Below, one piece after another: positions 1-11,900 of a DNA stretch of 64,000 bases. This DNA comes from Amphiscolops sp. MND2022 (Eukaryota): NCBI GenBank assembly GCA_964187785.1, contig OZ076409.1, forward strand, positions 73,534,001-73,598,000, given 5' to 3'. The translations under genes and the position numbers were made by a program. Numbering within the stretch: the stretch's first letter is position 1; each line of letters begins with the position of its first letter. The notes beneath the pieces were generated by a model. It saw only the letters and a program-made list of their open reading frames with translations, was not told the origin of the DNA and ran no database searches.

Positions 1-690
1 TGAAGAGAAAAATGCCGCTTAGAACGACTCTTTATCGTATCTTGACGTTAACGTATGGGGCTTTGAATGAGAGCTTGATAAGAGGTCGAGAAGTCAAAGT
101 GTGTAAATGGAACGTATGTCTCGTCGAAAACTCATCGGAATACATTATATGAACCCCAATTGTCCTCAATTACAGTTGCCTAGTGCAACAACGTCTTTCA
201 GGGACATTTTACCCATTTTCTTAAGAGTCAAAATTATTTTTAAATTCAGTTAGCAAAAAACACTTGAGTACATTCTCATCTGTCCCCAGCGGATGAGATG
301 AGAATGTTCCTGCTAAAAGCCAGGTACTACGGCCCACTTTTGTTTTAATGCGACGCATTCCCTGCTTTAGCACATATATATTTTTATTTCTCCTGATTTT
401 TTGTACACACTGTAAATTGTTATTATAAAATTCTTGTCATTACGTTACATAAATTTACAACCATAAAACGTTATCGTCAACGCCAAATACATTTATACGC
501 CCACCATTCCCAAGGTATGTCGAGGCATACCTTTCGATTACGTATGTCAAAACGCAAACGCGATAAAAAGTGTTGAATTACAGAAACGCTGACAAACAAT
601 TTTAACTAATTGACACATGGTAGGTTTTTATATGGAACTTACACATCACTGACATTTCACAACCTTGCAGCTGACGAACACATACGAACA

Positions 691-787
691 TCAACGCCCA
701 CCGTCCGTGGGCATGCCGAGGCATGCCCTTCGACGACGTATGCCAATTTTTTTTCTATCTACACCCAATTGCGGTAGCAGCTAGGTG
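691..787 (+). repeat. Representative unit 3' end/junction: 51-nt conserved core (691-741) with hairpin GGGCATGCC-GA-GGCATGCCC (709-728), variable tail (742-780), CTAGGTG (781-787)
   Basis: Read directly; present at all 37 junctions. A GC-rich hairpin followed by CTRR is the established Helitron 3'-end signature, although the spacing here is longer than usual. Confidence 0.92.
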
Positions 788-1753
788 GCCGGAAATTTTT
801 TTTTTCAGCAAAATCTTTGCCATTGGGGGAGGGGCCCCGGATGGCCAGTAGTACGGGATAGCTTCCTACCAAATCCAGGCGGAAAAAACGTGATTTTGGA
901 AACTAGCCGTCAGAATTTGCTCAAATTTTGCATACGGCTTCCTATAACAATCCTAAGAACTAATCCCTACTGGCATTTTGCCCAAAAAACGCAAAAAGTT
1001 GGTCAAAATCTTAGTTTTTTGGTCAAAAAATGGCGTTTTTTCGAAAAAATTTTTTTTCAGAGACAATTACTCGTAACTGGTTCACCCAGCGCAAAAACGC
1101 CTAGCTGATTTATTGTTGGGCACTTCATGAGGAGTGCGTATACAAATTTTCGTCCAAATCGGATGAAAGTTGATTGAGAAATAACAGAAAATTTGAGGCA
1201 TTTTTTTGGAAATTTGTGAAATCCCAGTCTATCTCTGCCGTTTTTTGCCCAGATTTTTTTCCAGACACTCTCCTAAAGACCTCCCCTGGCCGGTTTACCT
1301 CCCAGCAAAACCATTTGGCCCTAAATACGGAGTTTCAGCGTTCTAGCATTCCCGGGCGAAAAGTTGTGGGACTTAGAAAAAATTTTTGGAAACGCAAAAT
1401 GTGTAAAGTCAACTTCAGGCCTCCCAAAGTCAAGAAACTTCCACACAACTAGTATTGCAAGTGAATGCATGTAGAAAGTACGTGAATAGACAAGGAAAAT
1501 GGGCTATAGAACGACTCTGTAGCTTAACTTGACGTTGACTTATGACATTTTGAGTGTGAGCGTCCTATAGGATTTTAATGTCAAAAATGAGATTTTGTAA
1601 GTCATGAGTCATCAAAAACTCATCGGAATACGTTCAATCATCCCCATAGCTGTTCAATCACCGATGTTTAGTAGAGCAACGCCATTATATGTCTTTGGAC
1701 CCATTTTAAAAATTTTCCTTACCGTCTTATTCGTCCGATATCACGAAACAGTT

Positions 1754-1799
1754 GAGTACATTCCATCTTCCCCCTTGTGGGGGAGATGAGAATGTACTC
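1754..1799 (+). repeat. Representative long subterminal hairpin, type 1 (GAGTACATTC-CATCTCCC...GGGAGATG-A-GAATGTACTC)
   Basis: Imperfect ~18-20-bp inverted repeat. It lies about 180-240 nt upstream of the core hairpin in ~1.28-kb units; in long units it lies a similar distance upstream of the degenerate duplicate core. Confidence 0.88.
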
Positions 1800-4625
1800 G
1801 CCAAAGACCTGATACAATGACCCATATTGGTTTTTATTTGACTTTTCTCACAATATTGCACACGGATAGCTGTGTTTGGTAAAAGTTTTCCTTTGCACCA
1901 TGTCTCCAGAAGCAAAACCACTTCTTTAGCTTACTACTTCTACTCAAACATCACTAACGTCAACGCCACATACTCGCATCAACGCCCACCGTCCGTGGGC
2001 ATGCCGAGGCATGCCCTTCGACGACGTATGCCAAATAGCGCCGCAGGGCGCCCCCAATTTCCGCTAGGTGCCGGGATTTCTATTCGATAAAGTATGTGGC
2101 GCGCCTTGGGTAGGGTCCCTTGCGCGCTCTTGGGTATGGTGTTCACCAGCTAGGAAACAGGGGTCGATTTTTCGGGATCTCCTAAACTAGCCACACGATT
2201 TGGCTGAAATTTGGCACACGTACCCCCCTCGGCACGGTGAAGATGATTTCCTACTGACGTTTTTCCCGCAAAATTTTTTTTGTTGTCCAAAATAACGGTT
2301 TTTGGGGGAAAATTTTGAACTTTTTTTAAATTTCATCTTATATCTCGCCACCGGTTTACGCTAGCGCTTCAAAACCCTGCTAAAGAAAGCTTGCAAACTG
2401 TCTCAGGAATGCGGTGTGAAATTTTCAGCTCAATCGGACTCAAACTCAGGGAGATATAGCGTTTTTCCGGAGCGGGGGGGTTTCATTTTTCTAACGGTCC
2501 AGCTTATCTTAGCCATTTTTTCGGAAATGTGCTCGCCTAAAGACCTCCCCTGGCCGGTTTTATTCCCAGCAAAACCATTTGACCCTAAATACGGAGTTTC
2601 AGCGTTCCAGCATTCCCGGGCGAAAAGTTGTGGGACTTAGAAAATTTCAAAAATTTTCAAAAATTTTTTTTTCCGTTTTCCGCCCTCCCCCCCTAGGGGA
2701 AAAGACCCCCCAACCAGTAATTTGAGTGAATTCATGTGGAAAGGCCATGTTTAGAGGAGAAAAATCCCGTTTAAATTGTGTTTTTATCTTTATTCAACGT
2801 TGACTTATGACGTTTTGAACGTGATGTTTGGAGGTGTGAAGCACGTGAAAAGTAAACGTTATGAGTATTTATCTGATCTGAAAGCCATTGAGATGCAACC
2901 TGTTTTGCTCAAAACGTAATTCATATCAGTTTGGTAGTCAATCAACACCCTTTGTTGTCATTTGACATCTTTTTTTGTTGATATAAGGAAAAATTTCGTG
3001 TATTTATTCATTTTTTTCTCATCAAATAACTTGAAACAGTTGAGTACATTCCATCCCCCCCTTCACGGGGGAGATGAGAATGTACTCGCAAAAAGCCCCG
3101 AACTACGGCCCTTACCTTCCTGAGCTACGCAGTATAAAGATTGCATATTTGTTCCGACATTTTGATAGAGTTATATCTTGGTAATCTGTCTGGGTATGCA
3201 GAAAAACCAGCACGTGCTTTTTTATACCAAGTTGCTCACAACGACATTTATTTTATATCAACGCCCCCATATTTATCAACGCCCCCCGTCCGTGGGCATG
3301 CCGAGGCATGCCCTTCGACGACGTATACTAAAATATGTTCGAGCGCGTTAGCCTAGGTGCCGGGATTACTATTCGATAAGGAATTTTGCGCGGTTGGGTA
3401 GGGCCCCGTGAGCGCGCCAGGGGATAGTGTTAGAACAACAAGGATTTGGGCATCAGTTGGGAGCGATTTTCTAAACTATCCGTACGATTTTGCTGAAATT
3501 TGGCACGAAGCTTCCTTGGAACATTCTAAGAACAAATCCCTACTGGCGTTTTGCTGGGAAAAATCAAAAAGTTGGTCAAAAATGCGATTTTCCGACAAAA
3601 TTTTGGGGTAAAATTTTTTTGAAACGTTATATCTCGCCACAGGGTCACGCTAGCGCCTCGCAACCTATGATCGTGTTTTGTTGGGCGTTGTCTGTAGAAC
3701 ACGTATGCCAAATTTGGTGGCGATCGGACTTAAACTCAGGGAGATATAGCGATTTTTTAGGTGCATTTTTTGACATTTTTTGCATTTGCCGATTTATCTC
3801 TGCCGTTTTTGCTCAAATTTTTTTTGAGACACTCTCCTAAAGACCTCCCCTGGCCGGTTTACCTCCCAGAAAAACCATTTGGCCCTAAATACGAAGTTTC
3901 AGCGTTCTAGCATTCCCGGGCAAAAAGTTGTGGGACTTAGAATAGTTTTTATGGTAACGCAAAATGTGTAAAGTCAACTTCAGGCCTCCCAAAGTCAAAG
4001 AACTTCCACACAACTAGGATTGCAAGTGGGTGCATGTGGAAAGTACTCGGATAGACGAGAAAAATGAGCTATAGAACGACTCTGTAGCTTAACCTGACGT
4101 TGACTTATGACAATTTTAGTGTGAGCTTGCTATTTGGTGTAAAAATTCAAATGATGAAAATCGAAGCTAAGTCTCATCCAAAACTCATCGGAATACGTTC
4201 AATGCATCCCAAAGCGGATTAATTCGAGATGTTTAGTGCAGCAACACCATTCAAGACCATTTGACCCATTTTTATAAGTTTTGACAACGTATTATTCATA
4301 CGAGAGCACGAAACAGTTGAGTACATTCCATCTCCCTTTCGGGGGAGATGAGAATGTACTCGCTAAAGTCCAGGTACTACAGCCCATATTTGCTTTTATG
4401 CGACGCTCTTATGCTAGTGCGCATACTTTTTAATCGTTTAACTGAATTTTCTTCTGTCTGCACTTTGACTTTGACTTGACATATAGTGAACGTTTTGTCT
4501 TACAACTTACAAATGAGTAACGTCAACGCCCCATCCTTGCATCAACGCCCACCGTCCGTGGGCATGCCGAGGCATGCCCTTCGACGACGTATGCCAAGAT
4601 ATATCCCAAGCGCGGTAGCAGCTAG

Positions 4626-5905
4626 GTGCCGGGATTTCTATTCGATAAAGTAAGTTGCGCGGTTGGGTAGGGCCCCGTGAGCGCGCCCGTGTCTGTGTTT
4701 TTTGAACCTGAATTTGCGGGTGCCAAAATAGACGATCTCCTAAACTATCCATACGATTTGGCTCAAATTTGGCATACGGGTTCCTGAGACAGATATAAGA
4801 ACTAATTCCTACTGGCGTTTTGCCCGGAAAATTTTTTTTGTTGCGCAAACTTGAAATTTTTGACAAAAAAATGCGATTTTTTTTGAAAAAATTTTTTTGA
4901 GAGGCCATATCTTTTTTCAGGGTGCCCGGAGCGGGACGCGTTAAACTGATTATAAACTCTACGGTTCATGGGCTGTACGGGGAACCTATTTTTGTTGGAA
5001 TCCGACTTGTAGATTTTGAGATATATTATCAAATTTGGGTGTTTTTTTTCCAATTTTTCGAAAAACCTGGTTTATCTCTGCCGTTTTTTGCCCAGATTTT
5101 TTTCTAGACCCTCTCCTAAAGGCCTCCCCTGGCCGGATTACGTCCCAGCAAAACCATTTGGCCCTAAATACGAAGTTTCAGCGTTCTAGCATTCTCGGGC
5201 GAAAAGTTGTGGGACTTAGAAAAATTTTTTTTTAAACGCAAAATGTGTAAAGTCAACTTCAGGCCTCCCAAAGTCAAGGAACTTCCACACAACTAGGATT
5301 GCAAGTGGATGCATGTGGAAAGTGCTTGAATAGACGAGGAAAATGAGCTATTATAAAACTCTGTAGCTTAACTTGACGTTGACTTATGACAATTTTAGTG
5401 TGAGCTTGCTATGTAAGAAAAAATTTCAAAAATTGAAAATCGAAGCTAAGTCTCATCCAAAACTCATCGGAATACTTTCAATCCATTCCAAAGCGGTTTA
5501 CTTCCAGCTATAGACTGCAGCAACACTATTCAAGACCATTGTACCCCTTTATATTAGTTTTGACATTGTATTATTCATCCGAGAGCACAAAGCAGTTGAG
5601 TACATTCCATCTCCCTTTCGTGGGAGATGAGAATGTACTCGCTAAAGAACAGGTACTACAGCCAATTTTTGTATTTATGCGAAGCCATTCTATGCTATTG
5701 CACATAACAACTATGCTATTGACTTAATTTTGCCTACACTTTGCTATGACATATGCTAAACGTTTGGTCCTTACAACAACATACACATGACTAACGTCAA
5801 CACCACATACTGTTACCAACGCCCACCGTCCGTGGGCATGCCGAGGCATGCCCTTCGACGACGTATGCCAAATACCTTCCAGCGACGCTCGCGCTCCCCG
5901 GCTAG
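4626..5905 (+). mobile_element. Non-autonomous cassette family Q (near-identical copies at 19991-21269 and 29108-30384)
   Basis: Same head (GTGCCGGGATTTCTATTCGATAAAGTAAG), body and tail (GCCAAATACCTTCCAGCGACGCTCGCGCTCCCCGG-CTAG) at three non-adjacent positions. Confidence 0.8.
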
Positions 5906-8900
5906 GTGCCGGGATTTCCATTCGATAAGGAATTCTGCGCGTGTGGGTAGGGCCCCTGGCGCGCTCCTGTGTTTTCGGTTTTCCTACTCCTAAATAGACC
6001 CCCTAAATTCCGGGATCTCCTAAACTATCCATACGATTTGGCTGAAATTTGGCACACGTACCCCCCTCGGCACGGTGAAGATGATTTCCTACTGACGTTT
6101 TTCCCGCTAAACATTTTTTGTTGACCAAAATAACGGTTTTTGGGGTAAAATTTTCAACTTTTTTTAAATTTCATCTTATATCTCGCCACGGGTGCTCGCT
6201 AGCGCTTCCAAACCTTGCTGACGAAAGTTTGCAAACTGTCTCAGGAAGGCTGTGTGAAAATTTCAGCTCAATCGGACTTAAACTCGAGGAGATATAGCGT
6301 TTTTCCGGAGCGGGGGGTTTCATTTTTCTAACGGTCCAGCTTATCTTTGCCATTTTTTCGAAAATGCACTCGCCTAAAGGCCTCCCCTGGCCGGTTTTAT
6401 TCCCAGCAAAACCATTCGGCCCTAAATACGGAGTTTCAGCGTTCCGGCATTCTCGGGCGAAAAGTTGTGGGACTTAGAAAATTTCAAAAATTTTCAAAAA
6501 ATTTTTTTTTCGTTATTTGGGCCCCCAAAGTGGGGGAAAAGACCCCCCAACCAGTAATTCAAGTGAATGCATGTGGAAAGGCCATGTTTAGAGGAGAAAA
6601 ATGCCGTTTAGAACGTCTTTTTATCTTGGCTCAACGTTGACTTATGACGTTTTGAAGGTGATGTTTGGAGGTGTAAAGCAAGTGAATAGTAAACGTTATG
6701 AGTATTTATCTGATCTGAAAGCCATTGAGATGCAATATGATTGCTCAAAACGTAATTCATTGCAGTTTGGCAATCAATCAACACCCTTTGTTGTCGTTTG
6801 ACATACTTTTTTGTTGTTAAAATAAAAAATTTTGTGTATTTATTCATTTTTTCTCATCAAATAACTTGGAACAGTTGAGTACATTCCATCCCCCCCTTCC
6901 GGGGGAGATGAGAATGTACTCGCAAAAAGCACCGAACTACGGCCCTTACCTTCCCGAGCTACGCAGTATAAGGATTACATATTGGTTCCGACATTTTCAT
7001 AGAGTTATATCTTGGTAATCTGTCTGGATATGCCGAAAAATCAGCACGTGCCTTTTAATACCAAGTTGCTCACAACGACAATTATTTTATATCAACGCCC
7101 CCATATTTATCAACGCCCCCCGTCCGTGGGCATGCCGAGGCATGCCCTTCGACGACGTATACCAAGATATACATAAGCGCGGTAGCAGCTAGGTGGCCGG
7201 AAATTTTTTTTTCATCAAAATCTTTGCCAGTAGTACGGGATAGCTTCCTACCAAATCCAGATGGAAAAAACGTGATTTCGGAAACTAGCCGTCAGAATTT
7301 GCTCAAATTTTGCATACGGCTTCCTATAACAATCCTAAGAACTAATCCCTACTGGCATTTTGCCCAAAAAACGCAAAAAGTTGGTCAAAATCTTAGTTTT
7401 TTGGTCAAAAAATGGCGTTTTTTCGAAAAAAAAATTTTTCAGAGACAATTACTCGTAACTGGTTCACCCAGCGCAAAAACGCCTAGCTGATTTATTGTCG
7501 GGCACTTCATCAGGAGTACGTATACAAATTTTCGTCCAAATCGGATAAAAATTGATTGAGAAATAACTGAAAATTTGAGGCATTTTTTTGGAAATTTTTG
7601 AAATCCCAGTCTATCTCTGCCGTTTTTTGCCCAGATTTTTTTCCAGACACTTTCCTAAAGACCTCCCCTGGCCGGTTTACCTCCCAGCAAAACCATTTGG
7701 CCCTAAATACAGAGTTTCAGCGTTCTAGCATTCCCGGGCGAAAAGATGTAGGACTTAGAAAAAATTCAAAAATTTTCAAAATTTTTTTTTTGCGTTTCCT
7801 GGCCCCCCAATGAAGGGGAACGACCCCCCAACTAGGATTTTTGGTGAATCCATGTGAAAAGGCCTTGTTTAGTGGAGCAAATTGCCGTTCAGAGCGACTT
7901 TTTATCTTAACTTGACGTTGACCTCTGTCGTTTTGAATTTGATATCAGTATGTGTTGAGCATGTGAAAAGTTCACGATTTCAATTGTTCTCCCGTGTTCA
8001 AGCCATTGAGATACAAGCGGTAGTGATCAAAATGTGATTTATCGCAATTTGGTGGTGTTTTTGGTGTATTTTGATTCTTTTAAATAAAAAGTTGTTCTTT
8101 CTATATTTGGTGTATTGATTCAAATTAACAAGAAACAGTTGAGTACATTTCATCTCCCCCCTTGTGGGGGAGATGAGGATGTACCCGCTAAATGACACGC
8201 ACAATGGCCCAATTTTATTTTTATGCGACGTTTTCTAGGCTTTTGCGCAAGCCCACTAAAATTTAGACTGGTTTCCTTTTCTTTTACTCCAAAATTTTCC
8301 GTACTAACCACCTTACGCACCACCAGCTCAACGTAATATCTGTAACGTCAACGCCACATACTCGCATCAACGCCCACCGTCCGTGGGCATGCCGAGGCAT
8401 GCCCTTCGACGACGTATGCCAAATAGCGCCACAGGGCGCAAACTTGTCCGCTAGGTGCCGGGATTTCTATTCGATAAAGTATGTGGCGCGTGTGGGTAGG
8501 GCCCCTGGCGCGCTCTTGGGTATGGTGTTCACCAGCTAGGAAATAGGGGTCGATTTTTCGGGATCTCCTAAACTAGCCACACGATTTGGCTGAAATTTGG
8601 CACACGTACCCCCCTCGGCACGGTGAAGATGATTTCCTACTGACGTTTTGCTCGCAAAATTTTTTTTGTTGTCCAAAATAACGGTTTTTGGTGGAAAATT
8701 TTGAACTTTTTTTAAATTTCATCTTATATCTCGCCACGGGTTTACGCTAGCGCTTCAAAACCCTGCTAAAGAAAGCTTGCAAACTGTCTCAGGAATGCGG
8801 TCTGAAATTTTCAGCACAATCGGACTTAAACTCAAGGAGATATAGCGTTTTTCCGGAGCGGGGGGGTTTCATTTTTCTAACGGTCCAGCTTATCTTAGCC

Positions 8901-11900
8901 ATTTTTTCGAAAATGTACTCGCCTAAAGACCTCCCCTGGCCGGTTTTATTCCCAGCAAAACCATTTGGCCCTAAATACGGAGTTTCAGCGTTCCAGCATT
9001 CCCGGGCGAAAAGTTGTGGGACTTAGAAAAATTCAAAAATTTTCAAAATTTTTTTTTTCGGTTTTCCGCCCTCCCCCCGAGGGGAAAAGACCCCCCAACC
9101 AGTAATTTGAGTGAATTCATGTGGAAAGGCCATGTTTAGAGGAGAAAAATCCCGTTTAAATCGTCTTTTTATCTTTATTCAACGTTGACTTATGACGTTT
9201 TGAAGGTGATGTTTGGAAGGTGTGAAGCACGTGAAAAGTAAACGTTATGAGTATTTATCTGATCTGAAAGCCATTGAGATGCAATCTGTTTTGCTCAAAA
9301 CGTAATTCATATCCGTTTGGTAGTCATACAACACCCTTTGTTGTCATTTTACATCTTTTTTGTTGATATAAGAAAAAATTTTGAGTATTTATTCATTTTT
9401 TTCTCATCAAATAACTTGAAACAGTTGAGTACATTCCATCCCCCCTTCACGGGGGAGATGAGAATGTACTCGCAAAAAGCCCCAAACTACGGCCCTTACC
9501 TTCCTGAGCTACGCAGTATAAAGATTGCATATTGGTTCCGATATTTTGATAGAGTTATATCTTGGTAATCTGTCTGGGTATGCAGAAAAACCAGCACGTG
9601 CTTTTTTATACCAAGTTGCTCACAACGACATTTATTTTATATCAACGCCCCCATATTTATCAACGCCCCCCGTCCGTGGGCATGCCGAGGCATGCCCTTC
9701 GACGACGTATACCAAGATATGTTCGAGCGCGTTAGCCTAGGTGTATTTTTACACAAAGGGGGATGTTGCGCGTGTGGGGAGGGTCCCTGACGCGCTCCCG
9801 GGATTTCGGATTTTTTAACCTTTACGTACCCATCAAAAATTTTGGGATCTCGAAAACTAGCCGTACGATTTGGCTGAAATTTGGCACACGTACCCCCCTC
9901 GGCACGGTGAAGATGATTCCCTACTGACGTTTTTCCCGCTAAACATTTTTTGTTGACCAAAATAACGGTTTTTGGGGTAAAATTTTCAACTTTTTTTAAA
10001 TTTCATCTTTTATCTCGCCACGGGTACACGCTAGCGCTTCCAAACCTTGCTGACGAAACCTTGCAAACTGTCTCAGGAATGCTGTGTGAAATTTTCAGCT
10101 CAATCGGACTTGAACTCGAGGAGATATAGCGTTTTTCCGGAGCGGGGGGGTTTCATTTTTCTAACGGTCCAGCTTATCTTTGCCATTTTTTCGAAAATGC
10201 ACTCGCCTAAAGGCCTCCCCTGGCCGGTTTTACTCCCAGCAAAACCATTTGGCCCTAAATACGGAGTTTCAGCGTTCCAGCATTCCCGGGCGAAAAGTTG
10301 TGGGACTTAGAAAATTTCAAAAATTTTCAAAAATTTTTTTTTTCGTTATTTGGGCCCCCAAAGTGGGGGAAAAGACCCCCCAACCAGTAAAGCAAGTGAA
10401 TGCATGTGCAAAGCCCTTGTTTGGACGAGAAAAATGCCGTTTAAAACGTCTTTTTATCTTGGCTCAACGTTGACTTATGACGTTTTGAAGGTGTCCGTTA
10501 GATACAGAAAATTGATATTTTGAGTATTTATCCCATCTGAAAGCCATTGAGATACATGTTTTGCTCAAAACGTGTTTCATTGCAGTTCCGCTGTCCATTG
10601 ACACCCTTTGATGTCTTTTGACGTAATTTTCTTTTCTATAATAACAATTTTTCTGTGTATTTATTCATTTTTTTCTCATCAAATAACTTGAAACAGTTGA
10701 GTACATTCCATCTCCCTTCCCGGGGGAGATGAGAATGTACTCGCTAAAGGTCAGGAACTACGGTCTATATCTTCCACAACACAAAAGCAATTGAAAATTG
10801 TTTCAGTTTGTCGCAGAAAACTTTTCTTTTTGCACTCAGTGACTCGGCAAAGTGAGCGATTTTGACCCATATTGAATCTTACTTTACCACAACTCATCTC
10901 TAACGTCAACGCCCCCCACACACATCAACGCCCCCCGTCCGTGGGCATGCCGAGGCATGCCCTTCGACGACGTATAACAAAATATATTCGAACGCGGTAG
11001 CCGCTAGGTGCCGGGATTTTCTATTCGACAAGTTTGCGCGCCTTGGGGAGGGTCCCTTTGCGCGCTTTAAGATCCAGGTGTTTCCAACTCCTAAACGGGC
11101 ATGTGATTTCGACGATCTCCTAAACTAGCCATACGATTTGGCTGAAATTTGGCACACGTACCCCCCTCGGCACGGTGAAGATGATTCCCTACTGACGTTT
11201 TTCCCGCTAAACATTTTTTGTTGACCAAAATAACGGTTTTTGGGGTAAATTTTTCAACTTTTTTTAAATTTCATCTTATATCTCGCCACGGGTACACGCT
11301 AGCGCTTCCAAACCTTGCTGACGAAACCTTGCAAACTGTCTCAGGAATGCTGTGTGAAATTTTCAGCTCAATCGGACTTAAACTCGAGGAGATATAGCGT
11401 TTTTCCGGAGCGGGGGGGTTTCATTTTTCTAACGGTCCAGCTTATCTTTGCCATTTTTTCGAAAATGCACTCGCCTAAAGGCCTCCCCTGGCCGGTTTTA
11501 TTCCCAACAAAACCATTTGGCCCTAAATACGGAGTTTCAGCGTTCCAGCATTCCCGGGCGAAAAGTTGTGGGACTTAGAAAAGTTCAAAAATTTTCAAAA
11601 AAAAATTTTTCCGTTGTTTGGGCCCTCAAAGTGGGGGAAAAGACCCCCCAACCAGTAAAGCAAGTGAATGCATGTGGAAAGCCCTTGTTTAGACGAGAAA
11701 AATGCCGTTTAGAACGTCTTTTTATCTTAACTTGACATTGACTTTTGTCGTTTTGAAGGTGACCGTTAGATACGGAAAATTGATGTTTTGAGTATTTATC
11801 CCATCTGAAAGCCATTGAGATACAACATGTTTTGCTCAAAACGTGTTTCATTGCAGTTTCGCTGTCCATTATCACCCTTTGGTGTCTTTTCACGTAATTT

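Noticed and set aside
691..787. tRNA, 5S, snRNA or spliced-leader RNA gene as the conserved core of a tandem gene cluster
   Set aside because: I see no cloverleaf, Pol III A/B boxes or recognisable 5S/U-snRNA sequence, and no convincing Sm site. The core is shared with the end of the Rep-helicase element. An Rfam search would settle it.
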